DNA from: Orbicella franksi
Lineage: Eukaryota
Assembly (NCBI GenBank): GCA_964199315.1
Contig: OZ116699.1
Coordinates: 26,102,001 to 26,166,000 of the forward strand
DNA: 64,000 nucleotides
Reading direction: 5' to 3'
In this document: piece by piece, positions 11,104 to 22,890 of the stretch
How positions within the stretch are numbered: the first letter of the stretch is position 1
Layout of the letters: every line of letters begins with the position of its first letter
Made by a program: the position numbers and the translations under genes
The notes under the pieces: generated by a model
What the model saw: only the letters and a program-made list of their open reading frames with translations
Databases searched by the model: none
Told to the model about the DNA's origin: nothing

Positions 11104-14100
11104 TGCGAAAACAGAGAAGAAAAGAATTCATTGTGCCACAGCCGCAATCATTACAGGGAAAAAAAGAAAATGTTGGTAGCCAAACAGATTAGGGGGACCT
11201 TTACTGAGATAACAATACCCCGCCAGAAAGGGCAAAAATTGAGAAAGCATTGTTAACCTTTTTTCCAAAACTGATAACTGTTCTTTTATATATGCTTAAA
11301 AATAGAAAGCGCCCAGTGGCTGACGTTTCCAGTGATAAGATCTCCATCAGTCTCAAAAACCTTTCTACGATAGAGCGAGTTTCATATGACCCTGAAGTGA
11401 TTACAGGCAATGTGAATAGAGAAAAATGCAGACAACAACAAATGGCAGTGTTTTGTCTAGCGAATGTAGAAATACAAATGCTCTCTTGACCTCGCAGTGA
11501 TTCCCGGGTGGTGATTTCACCGGTTTTGATTGAGTCCATATCGAACAGTGCATTTCTCTTCGAAAACAAGAGAATCCAGAGAAACGAGCGTATCCGCGTT
11601 CAGCTATTGGCCGGCGTGTCACAATTAAGAAAATTCGAGATAGATCAAAAGTGACAATCAACGTAGTGTGTGGACAGACTTTCCAAAATGTAAAATGTAA
11701 AACAGTATACGCCTGGATAAATATAACGATGTTAATTACCTCTAATTACTTATAACATGATAAAAATAGATCCGAATAAGAGCACTGTCTCCTTATGTAC
11801 TGATCATAGCTACAGTTCGAGATAGCAGATATATAATGTTGTCTTTTCAGTTTCTTTAGCGCTCGAATGGAATCCCTTTTCTTTTTTTTTTTTTTTCGAG
11901 AGCTCTTTCTCGGTGCGCCGCCCGGGACCTTCTTAGGTTCACTCATATTAAATGTTAAATATTAACCGTTCGAAACAACAAGAACTATTTGAATAAACCT
12001 TTGATTTTCTTCTGATGTATTGTGATAACAAGATAGACACGCGCTATCCTCTCATAGAGAGAACCTTTCTTAATGCCAAGTTCATTACATTGAAAACGCC
12101 GGCTTCCTCAGTCATCCGATAGTCACGGAGTAAGCTCGTAATAAAAGGCTTTTGAAGGAGAATGAACAGGCCTGGACTTTTTCTCAAGATTCTACCGATC
12201 TCTTTTGCATCCGACTAATTAGACCGGTTCTATGGGCAGGCCGCCGGGCGGCAGCGCGGCAAGTGCCGCCAGCAATTAATTACTTTAAAGGGGCGGGATC
12301 TGCACAAGCCGAAAAGATGCATAATGCTGGCCACCAATGATGAGTGAAAATGACGGAGGGTAGCAGAAATACAAAAAAATCCTAGAATAAATAAAATGAA
12401 ACTACCACCCTGAACAATATATCCTTGAGTGGGCATCTGCGAGTGTCAAGGAAATGAGAGACAGAGGAGTCAGCCTGTAAAAATGTAACCCACGTGGGCA
12501 CTTCAGTCTCCCGCAAAGGCTAGCCCTGGAATCTAATCTACTCTTTTAAAGTTTGCTTCTCGTCGTTCGATTGATCGGCAATCCAGCAGGTTCGAGACTG
12601 TGTAGCAAGCGATTTCGTTGCGCCGATAGCAAGGCAGGCTGCTCATTATCGAGCGGGTCCCCTCCTTTACTATTTTTCCATCATATGACAAGCCCAATAG
12701 CTAAGCAGGACAGTAGCCCCACGAAGAGAAACGGCAATGTCGAAATGGCGCTTTAGCAAGTTTGACAAACCTGATGCCATCATCTGATAAAAAGATGAAA
12801 AAGGACTTTGGAAAGTGGGATGCCAAAAACCTTTAATCATCCAGTCACTTCCTGAACTAATTCTTACTTGCCCTGGTGAAATAGAATGTATTAACTTATT
12901 TCCGGCCACTTATTAGCCGGAAATATTGGTCTCGTGCCAAGCTCGTCTGATTTGTTAGGCTATTCTTAGTCTGCTCAGATCTGCGTAAAACATAAAAGCT
13001 TGGTCAGCGCTTTTTTTCTCTCTCAAGTAACAGCTCCCTAAAAATATGAAACAAAGGAACTTTTGTGTGGCTACAGACGACAAAACAGTCTATGAAAAAA
13101 CTTAACGACGAACTCAAAATACATGTTATAAGACCTGGTTTAATTCAATGTGAAAGCAGTAGTGGAAGTTGCTCTCGGAGGGATATTTTCAGACTTGAGG
13201 TCTTAATCGAAGAGACTTCTGTAAAGAACAAATGAGCTACTCGGCCATGGACTGTAGGTATTGATCATGCGACGAATCATGAGGTCCATGAGTATACACT
13301 CTGTTAGACGATCACCTTCCCCCATGGGCGAAAGTGTCATGCGTGAAATACGTTCAATATGGCCGATGTTTACAGTGAAATGACTTGTTAGAAGCGACAG
13401 TTACTTGACCCGTTTTGGTTCAGTAAGAAGCTGATATAAAGCCATAAGGAACTTCGACGAAAACAGGCCTAACCAATTACTAATTAAAATTTACTATTTA
13501 GCGGTTCCAAAAAAACACTGATTATATTGCACTTCTGACAAATATTGATTCAACTGCGCGATTTACAAAATAAACAAAAAAAATGGTTTCTAAACTCCTT
13601 TTCAATCAGCAGCGGCCCAGTAAAAATGAACGATATTTCTGTACACAGACAGATAGGATATTACGGGGATATTATTGATTATTAAGAAGCTGGAACATTG
13701 AATAATACAGTTCAACAGTTTTCATTGGCTTAGCCGCTCCGCTTAGCCACTCAACTCTCCGCGCTGTCTCCGAACGCCTTTGTTTTGGGCCGCCTGGCTT
13801 CTAGGACAACTACAGGTTTCCAGTTTGATCTTCAAAATCTTTCTTTTGTTTCTTCGCATATGTTTTAACATGGAAGGGAAATTATTACTGTAGTTTAATG
13901 GCCCTTTCCTGGGATCCTGTTATGATTTTTACCTAATTACAGTCGTTCAGAGGCCTTCAATGGGAAGCCTGTTACTTCAGAGTAAACACTACTAATTAAG
14001 TTAGATTTTTTCTCTCTAGTTTTTGTCACTCATTTGTATTCATTCCGCTGAGACGTTGTTCAAGACAAAACTTCCAGAAATTCACTGCTAAGCTTTTTAC

Positions 14101-15034
14101 TTTCACGTAGACATGACCATAAAATCTGTGGTATCTCTAAGGGTCGCGATCGTGGTCTTAAAAGCATACCAAACATATAAATAATCCTAAAAGTATGTCA
14201 ATAGCTTGGTTTGAGTTGTTTGACTACTGCACTGTCGGTCTGTTTGTGTTTGCCATCTACTGTGCAGTTATGTACATTAATTTTCTGACACAGCACCATG
14301 ATCAGCTGTTATATTGGCTCACTTAGTCGTACAAATAGTGGCTGTTTCAGTTTATAAAATAATAGGATTTGGTTGAGCGCCACAGGATATCGAGCAGTCG
14401 GGGGTAAGCGGCTACTGGAGCGGAAAGAGTGTGCAAATAATTCTGTTGAAAGAAGACAGGCGCTCGAAAGGACATATTTAGCCGAAGCAGTGCCAATTTT
14501 AGTCTAAGCATTCAAGGCAAATGTAGTCGGGCGACTTCTGTGACGCGAATTTTGAAAGTGATATTACCAAGTCTATCAGTTAAGCTGGGGTTTAATTTGG
14601 AGGCGTGATGTATGTGAACCATTAAACCGCACGCTTTCTGCTTTTGTTTTAATTTCGTTTCTTTGGTTAAAGAAGAAAAGTTGAACTTTGTAGCGCCCCA
14701 TCGAATAGTTAAAACGTTAATTAAGAGCATCTAACCGGTTATCAAGGAGCGTTACAACCAACCGCATGTCCCTGGAGACGTAAATTAGCTTAGGGTGTGC
14801 TATTGTGACGTCATTCCGTCTAAGTGAAAGTTTCAATGGGGTCAGAGCTCGGGTCGGAACAAAACAAGTGCTTCAAAGGAAGTCATTTGAAATATGCATA
14901 CCTCCACGTGTAATATCAGCCGATTTGATTACTATGACAGTGTTTTGCTCGACTGATTCTTGCTGCGATCCTGTTAGTGTTTGCGGTTGTCCTGTTTCTG
15001 AGTGCGCTTTACTTGAGCCACTCTGGCTATAGAC

Positions 15035-15760
15035 ATGACTAAGGAGAGGCGGACTCCTTCACCTGTTGAACAAGGATCGCATTTACACATGGCAATCAAG
15101 CTGTTGAAAGCGGAAAACGCGAATCTCGAGAAGATAATAATTTTGCTCAAGACCGAGAATCAAAACATGCAGCGTAAGATGAAGGAGCTTGAATATCAGA
15201 ACGACAGATTTAAAATCACTCAAAATCAGCTAAAAGCCGAGTTAAAGAGGGAAAAGGAAATGGTACGATATTTGCACAATTTGAACAAGAAGTACGAGCG
15301 AACGCTTCAAAAGAAAGAAGCGGAGAGCAGACAGCTGCGGAAAGAAGCTAAAGAAGCTGAGTTGAGGAGTTTTAAAAGAGTCGACAGCAAAGACGTGAAC
15401 AATAACGCAAAGGAAATTGGTAAAGAAACGGAAATCCGAAGACCGCAGCCACCGAAACGCTCGGACTCGTTCAAACGAAACAAGGACCTTGCAGCTATAA
15501 AAGACCAAGGGATGACAACTACTAGCAACCAAAATGCAAATTTAAAACCAAAGCAGCCGTCTCAAATCACGCCAGCCATCAAACAGTCGAACTCGAGCGA
15601 TGATATAGCGTGCGAGTGGGAAGATGTAACGGACGTGCTGGGCTTTTTGAACGAGAAGGTCAATCAGTTTGAGCGGTTACTCCTGGAGACTGGAGGCTCG
15701 AGTAAGTCGGGCTCGGGTTCGGGATATTCTTCGTCGGATTCCATGACATCCACCAAGTAA
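15035..15760 (+). CDS. Intronless orphan coiled-coil protein (241 aa)
   Basis: ATG-initiated 241-aa ORF with heptad-rich N half (LKAENANLEKIIILLKTENQNMQRK..EKEMVRYLH) and Ser-rich tail; paralogous to 21514-22257. Confidence 0.8.
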   Translation: MTKERRTPSPVEQGSHLHMAIKLLKAENANLEKIIILLKTENQNMQRKMKELEYQNDRFKITQNQLKAELKREKEMVRYLHNLNKKYERTLQKKEAESRQLRKEAKEAELRSFKRVDSKDVNNNAKEIGKETEIRRPQPPKRSDSFKRNKDLAAIKDQGMTTTSNQNANLKPKQPSQITPAIKQSNSSDDIACEWEDVTDVLGFLNEKVNQFERLLLETGGSSKSGSGSGYSSSDSMTSTK

Positions 15761-18700
15761 AGTGTGTAAATAGTCGTTTGCTTTCAACTTATGTTTTGTT
15801 GCTAATTCTGCATTTGGAACACACATTTCGGCAACGTAGAGCAAAACGGGGCAAAATTGACGAAAGCTTTTTTTTTTTTTTTTTTACTTTAGGATTTTAT
15901 ATTTTGAGTTCGGAAAGTACAGTAAATTCGACTTTTGTTCAAAACAAATAACAATTGTTTTAAAGTGTGCTTGTATGTGACATGTTACTCCGACTGTCAA
16001 GAAACTTATTGACTCGCACTGGGGTAAAACATTTACTGATAACAGACGAAAAGGATACCTCTTGGAGGAAAAGATTGCATGAAAGGTCAAGATGATTTTT
16101 GCTGCGGTTGGCTACCAGTTTAAGAGTTAGGTTTCGTCACGTCTCGGTTGGAGAATCATTAACATATTTAGCACCATTGCAAAACGTGCTTGTTGACCTG
16201 AAATTAAAGGATTTTGCTGGATATTTATACTGATGCCGAATGACTGATTTGCAACTACGTGCTTAAAGGTTGTCGCATTCTATTGTAAATATGAACACAA
16301 CGCGCGACAGAAAGGTTCGTATTGTGTAACGCAATCAAGTCGAAACACTGTGTCTATTTTTAGGAAGTAGCGAATGCTGCCTGCTTTGTATATTAGATTT
16401 TACGTAAGACATACAGGAGATAACATGATTATTAATCTCTGACGATATGATTTCTATTTTAGCTGTAGATTAAATCTCCACGGAATGTTCCTCGGGTCTG
16501 TTTGTGTTTGCTGGCTACCTAGTGCGTGTATATTGTAGTGTGTTTTGCAAATTTATGTTATGACTGAATGAGAATTTAAGGAATTTGTCTGGAGCCGAAC
16601 AAAGTATTTGTTTGTTTTGCAGGCTACTCAGAATTGTTATTAACGCATCGTTCAAAGTCCATCACACATGCCAAGCTTCCCGTACAAATTTACATCCAAG
16701 TCAATTTGAAGCGCTGGTCACTTTTACATTAAAGGGAAAGCACTGCAGAATTCGTGCCTCTTTCATCTCAGTATGGGGCATGGGGGCTTTATTCATACGC
16801 TGTAACAACTGTAGCTCAAGGCCCGTGACTAAATGAGAGTTATTTTGTTCTCTTATCCATTTTTAAATCACACAATCTATTTATCTTTGGAGATTTAAAA
16901 TTCAAAGAGAGGCACGAAACACGAGAAAAAAAGTGGCAGCAGCAAGCTTGTTTGTTGTTTAAAGGAGCATGAAACTCCATCTGATGTTAGAGACAAAATT
17001 CAAACTGTCGAAGGAAACCAATACTCAAACTAAATGAACAATTAGCAAAGTTACCTTAGAGCATTTTTAACTATTGCAAAAACTCTGCCTTAGAGATGTG
17101 TTCGCCTTAAAGTTAATTAAGGTTTATAGTTTCCATTCTCTAGCCATGCCAGTAAGTAACTTTACTGATTACGTGTCAAATACATCTAAAACGATAGGCG
17201 TTAATTGGAGATTCATAATCTGCTTTCAGATTTCCATAATCCATATTGTTTAGTTTTCTTACTCGCTAGAACAAGAAAACACTTAGAATCAGAGTTTCTA
17301 TCAACGTAAGTTGCCGATCTAATCCTAAAGTTTACGTAGTGCAACGATACTAACTTTCTGAAACGAGATCTAGAAAACATGGCCAATCCGGACGACTCTG
17401 TTTCATTTTTTTTTTACGTGGATTCTTCAAGCTGAAATCTAAGATGAGGGGTTTCTTTCTATAAATGGAACCAAGATCGAATCTTCAATTTCAAAATTTG
17501 TACTAAATTTAGATAATGGGAACACTTTGTACTTATGCAACTGACGCACGAACTGCAGAACCCACTTACGCAGATTGGCTTAAACGTTTTCCTTTCTCAC
17601 TAATACAATCATCCAATTAGTTCTTTTGATTTGCTGGTTATATTAGTAAAATGACGAAAAAAAATAGGAGAGAAGCGATTTTCTAACTAAAGCCACCATA
17701 AGTTTAATTGCGAGTGTGATGATGACGAGCGATCGAAAGATCCGCTTGGTAACCTTTCAGGCAAATGATAGTATTACAAGCTGCATGTCAAGTTGGCTGT
17801 TTCGCTTTTTGGAGTCAGCTACCGAGGAAGTTATTTAGCCAACTTCCCGGTTCCATTTTTGCCTTTCTTCCAAAGTGACCCATCAGATTAAATATATGGA
17901 TTTTTTTCAAACCACCTGGCATGAAATCTGTTAAGCTCTTTGTTCAAAGCATGAACTGACGACAACGGATAATAAGATTTGCATCCACTGAGGAAATACT
18001 TCGCTCTCGATTTCCTTCCAGCCCTGCTTTCCCGGCTTATTACAAGTTAGAACGCAGGCCAGGAATCACCTCCCATGAGATGTTTATACTTCCTGATGCT
18101 GAACATCATAGAAGGCGATTAAAAGACGCCAAAATACAAATGACGAGTCTGTTAACACGATAAGAAACCTAAGAGTTTCGAATGATACCAACATAAACAA
18201 ACAAAAAGTTCAACCCAATCCACCAGTGCCCGTTAAAAAGCGCTCCAGTGGGAGGTTATCTTGCATGTGCACTGAGAGCAAAAATCGGTGTGAGAGCAGG
18301 ATCAGCAAACATTGTAACAAGCGTATCAAGCGTTCCGCATTTTGGACACGTAAAAACTTAGGCGAGAGAAAAAAAAATAGGGGAGAAGTAGTGTCCAGAA
18401 TACGGAAAGTTCTGATTTTCAGACGAGAAATAAGTATAGGAATCATTACCAGAGAGAACGCTTGGAAGCAACGAAAGAACAAGCCAGAATACAATGGAAT
18501 ACAAGAACCCGAGTTTAGTAGTGCTATATTTTTATTAATCTTCTTTTTTTACCATTTTTAGATTTAAGGAACCGTTCATTTTTTATGAAGGAGGTGGGGG
18601 CTGGTGGGATTTGGGAAGCACCATTTATAAATCGCATGACCCCCCTCAGCTTACCAATTTTTTCACATGCCCCCCCCCCCCCTTATAGCAGTCATTTTTT

Positions 18701-18857
18701 GGGATGACCCCCCCAAAAAAAAATTAAACAAACAATTTTTAGATTTCAACTTTTTTAATATTTCTCTATTATCACCCCTACTTCACGTTATTGTGCTCAC
18801 TATGAAGACAATATTTACAATCCCTATACTACAGAGAGCTGTTGTTTAAAAAACAAA

Positions 18858-19560
18858 TCAAAAGAAATAGAAGTCAATTTCGGATCTCCTAGTTATGGCT
18901 CGCCCTGAGCGTGTGGCGTTTGGCCTCTCATTGGCATCTTCCTCATCTGAATTGATGAATGCAAGAATGACGTCACCAGAGTCATCTTCTCCCCCAGAGT
19001 CAATGGCATCACTGTCATACGCATCATTGTCACTTTCATCCGTTTCACTGCTGTCAGCACTTGCTCTGTTGTCATTTTGTGTCAATGTCCTGGCATTTCT
19101 CAGTGTTGGTTGGCCAGCTCTGAGAGGACTCTTCTGCTGCAAGCATGAATGTCTTACAAATGCCTTTACTTTCTCACTCTTGCTGCTTTTCAAATGCTGC
19201 TTCAGTCCGTGGTGGTTCAAGTACTTGTTTAGTTCTGGAACACGTAGCTTTTTAAGCTTGGTTAGATCTTCGCACAACTCCGTCCAAGGATAATCCTAGT
19301 ATGATTTATCTTTTGCGTCCCTACTTAACTTTGCCTTTTCTTCTGCTCTCTTTTTCCTTTTAAATTCCAGCACTTCAAGATGCTGAAGATAATCCACCAC
19401 AAACTTTGATTTGACAATAAACTTATCTGCAAATAGAGCAACGCTCTCTGGGTGAGAGCACAGAGCAATGGTGGAAAAGTTGAATGTCATATTGAAAGAT
19501 GTAAAGGAACACGATTCCACCCTCTTTCAGTCCAATGGGCTTGCTTTAAAGTAGGGCGAA
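18858..19560 (-). pseudogene. 3' remnant of a transposon-borne gene with a SAP-like motif and acidic tail
   Basis: ORFs 19296-19520 and 18858-19277 are in the same frame, separated only by a TAG (..KDKSY*DYPWTELCEDLTKLKKLRVPELNKYL..). No 5' part is present. Confidence 0.65.
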
Positions 19561-19611
19561 GAATTTGCCCACAGTTTTAATGTAAAACAGATTAAATGTA
19601 TAGAAGCTAAG

Positions 19612-20154
19612 TTGACGAAGGTCACGCAGGACATGGAAGCACTAGAAAATAAGAAGAGCAATTATAACAGCATATTCAAGGGCATACTCAAACAGCTCAT
19701 CAACAAAAGGAGAAGGAAAAAAGAAAACCGCAGAAAGTCAAATGAAAGAAAGAGGAAGCGAACTGAAAATAACGTCCAACGAGTTTATGGAATCTGTGTT
19801 GGAAACCCGCTAGGAAATGATCTTCCACAATGCCTTGTGTACCCTCCTAGAACGGCCGTCCCGGAAGAGTGTATTAAAGTTGAGGATGTTTCCGCGTCGT
19901 TATTTAGAAGAGATGGGCCATATATCGCACAGCTCTTGGAAGGGAATTATTTCACCAATGCTGCAAGAAGCACAATCACTACCAACCTTGAGCAGGAAGT
20001 CAGAGATTATATTTACACCTTCATGTGCCCTGAAGAGAACACTCTAATCGAAAGCATTGCTGCTTCTTGCAGCATTGGTGAAAGAGACTCCCATAGCAGC
20101 GCAAGCGGCGACGAAGAATTCGACGACAGCGAAGATGAAGATGAGTGCCAGTGA
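19612..20154 (+). pseudogene. 3' remnant of a second element-borne gene (basic NLS-like stretch, acidic tail)
   Basis: 180-aa open frame inside the TIR element with KRRRKKENRRKSNERKRKR and a DEEFDDSEDEDE tail; family not recognised. Confidence 0.5.
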
Positions 20155-20640
20155 AAGTTGCATTTGAAAATAACAGTGTTAAATACTTCTTTTCAGTAGC
20201 TACAAATGGTTTTTGTCGCCAAACGTTTTTTTAAAGCAGAAGCAAAGTTTGTAATAAATTTGTATCCTGCCTTCTATGTTTATTCTATAACAATTTATTT
20301 GATATTCAAACATTATGCCATTTTAAAGTTTTACTAAAATATTTCACGTGACCCCCCCTTTTTCCCTTATTTTTTTGGGATGGCCTCCCCTCAAAAGCCA
20401 TTTTTTTTCGCATGGCCTCCCCCCAAATCCCACCAGCCCCCCCCCCCCCCACCTTATAAAAAATGAACGGTCCCTAAGACAATGTGTTAATTTCCTTCTC
20501 GATCAGTAAGCCATTTCGAAAAAAAAAACATGGAAAATTATTTGTTTATATTAGTTTGTTTCAGACTTCATCTTAGAATTGATTTTATGACTGAGTATGT
20601 TGCCTAGTTGTTGTTCAGTTGGCAACTCTTGAATCTATAA

Positions 20641-20942
20641 AGCCCTGGCCAAACGCCTCGAGTGGTCATTAGTAGCCGTAAGTTGAACTTGCTTAGAGAC
20701 TATATCCTGTATTTTATTGTCTAGTAGGTTGCTTTGACAACGAATGGATGTCACTCAACTTGCGTTGACTTGATTTGGGTGGCCAAACGGGGAAAAAAGT
20801 TGCGTCGACTTGCGTGCAAATTTGATCCCGACCGAGGAGGGCGCAAATCATCGCAAGTGCACGCAAGTCTTGGCCAAACAGAGTCGCAAGTAGACCCAAG
20901 TTTTCAACTTGCGACTACTTGTGACTCCGTTTGGCCAAGGCT
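20641..20942. mobile_element. Harbinger-type MITE
   Basis: TAA|AGCCCTGGCCAAACG ... CGTTTGGCCAAGGCT|TAA. Confidence 0.85.
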
Positions 20943-21513
20943 TAAGAAGCCTATTATTTCCTAGCACTGTGAGATCGACGTATTGTTGAAATGAGAGTCG
21001 AAATTTCTTGGCGCGAAAACGCAATAGAATGGGCCATTTCCGCGTTCCCTTGTGCCTCTCTCAAAACGAGTCTTCGTGCAAGTATGAAAATGAGTTTGAT
21101 TTGCATGAAAACAAATGAACCCGTAGGGGAACACGTTTTAATAAGAATGTTTTGCAAGAAGACTATTTTCGACACAGAGGCAAAAGGCAGCTCGAAAATG
21201 ACCTCTTTTTTAAAAAGAACTTCCCAGAAAATAAAATAGTGAAGGGGAACAGGCGGGACGGCCGGTGAACCTTGCGAATAAAGGGAGCAAAAATTCTACG
21301 AGAGATAGGAGATGAACGGAAGGGAAGTGGAATCCTACGTTGTTATGCCGCGCGCAACGTGGATAGGAGTTAATGAATAACTTAAAAATCGAAATTCCGT
21401 GACTGTGTCGAATTTCAAACACGTATTCTGCCATCTCTGTAAAACTTGTATCTCTGGCGATCGCTGCTGCTTGCCGCGCCGTGGTCTGGAATATAACAGT
21501 TAATTATTCACAT

Positions 21514-22257
21514 ATGGATGATCACCTGGAGTCTCTTAGAACTGAGAACAAAAAGCTACGAGGTAAACACAATGAACTGGAGTCGAATCTGACTGAGGAG
21601 AAAGAAATGGTCAGGTATTTGCATGGCGTGATAAAGAATTACCAACAGCTGCTGAAGATACCTGAAACGACGCGACATCTTAAGAGTGCATCTCTCAAGA
21701 AAGTACGTCGATCTCACAGTGCTAGACGCTTAGCTTGTCAGGAAGATGTGGAGGAAATTTTCGTGAAGAATTTGGTCAGTGAAATGAGTAATGTTCGTAC
21801 GCCGGAAAGGAAGGAAGAAGATAACGAGCAGTTCGTGCCAAATGATAATGACCGATGCGTGGTTCTAGACACGTCCGACTGTGAAAATAACGACAGAATC
21901 AATAACAACAGCCAAGTATCTGAAAAAGCCTTATCAGCCATCGATCACGAGAAAGCAGAACTTTCTCCAGACACAAACAAGACGTTCTGGGAAGTTAAGG
22001 GTCAGCGAAGTTGCGGTCCCCGACGAAATACAAGCATTTCTTTAGAGAAAATATGTACTGAAAGAGACACAGTTTTAAATCATTGCGATAGAGAGCGCAT
22101 TCTACAAGAAATGACACATACATTGGACTCCATGATGGCGAAAGCAACTGTACTCGAGAAAAGTTTAAAACAAAAGGACAAACATTTGAAAAAAATGGAG
22201 CGAAGGTTCGAATACTTGGAAAGCATAGCGTTAGGGGAAGAATCTGAATGGCTGTAA
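21514..22257 (+). CDS. Intronless orphan coiled-coil protein (about 247 aa from the first ATG)
   Basis: Open frame 21481-22257 with first ATG at 21514 (MDDHLESLRTENKKL..EKEMVRYLH); a second coiled coil lies near the C-terminus. Confidence 0.75.
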   Translation: MDDHLESLRTENKKLRGKHNELESNLTEEKEMVRYLHGVIKNYQQLLKIPETTRHLKSASLKKVRRSHSARRLACQEDVEEIFVKNLVSEMSNVRTPERKEEDNEQFVPNDNDRCVVLDTSDCENNDRINNNSQVSEKALSAIDHEKAELSPDTNKTFWEVKGQRSCGPRRNTSISLEKICTERDTVLNHCDRERILQEMTHTLDSMMAKATVLEKSLKQKDKHLKKMERRFEYLESIALGEESEWL

Positions 22258-22529
22258 CTCTACACTGAATACTTTGCGTGACCGTTACCAGCTGCAGCAT
22301 GGGTTATGCATTATGGCCAAAGAAGGAAGTAAACTGTGCGTCACGTCTCTGCGGTGAGCCATAACTTTTGGAAGTAACGAGCCTACGGTTACTTTCGGAG
22401 GGTCCGGCGCAACTATTAGGGGGTCGTTTGTACTTTCGGGTAGCTATTCATAAAATAAAAAGATTTTTTTTAATATACAGTGAACTTAAAACTGAGGAAA
22501 AGTGTAAATAAAAGTAGTTTCAGTATATA

Positions 22530-22890
22530 GCTGGTTTTCACATGACGTCACTAAAATTCGAACTTCAAAACTATTGATCTTCCTGAGATTTTACTTTAAT
22601 GATGTATAAGAGCGGCTGAAAACTAATATTCATACAACAGATGTTTCTGTTGGTTTCCGGCCGCTATGTTGGTGCCCATACGGATGGGCACCAGCATGGC
22701 GTCTCCATACAAATCTCTGTAAATTTGGGTAAAAAATTTCTTCGCATATCTCGCATAAGAAAAATTGCTGTGACCAGAATTTTGGCGAAAGTCTTTGCAT
22801 ATTTACCTTCTTTCATTTCCCAGATTCTGGACTTTATCTATTGACCGGTTTTAATTTTTATTCTGATCTATTTTGAATTGCGTGACACAC
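22530..22890. mobile_element. Internally deleted copy of the GCTGGTTTTCA-TIR MITE
   Basis: High-identity reverse-complement match to 28346-28926, lacking a central segment. Confidence 0.8.

Larger units (their letters stand above)
18565..20475. mobile_element. About 1.9-kb PIF/Harbinger-like non-autonomous element carrying two gene remnants
   Basis: TIRs GGAACCGTTCATTTTTTAT / ATAAAAAATGAACGGTCCC with TAA on both flanks, and C-rich subterminal blocks at both ends. Confidence 0.8.

Noticed and set aside
12150-13400. Reverse transcriptase or GIY-YIG relic (e.g. KGFWHP..FYQMM in ORF 12670-12909)
   Set aside because: No YxDD or GIY/YIG motif could be located; the resemblance is too weak without a search.
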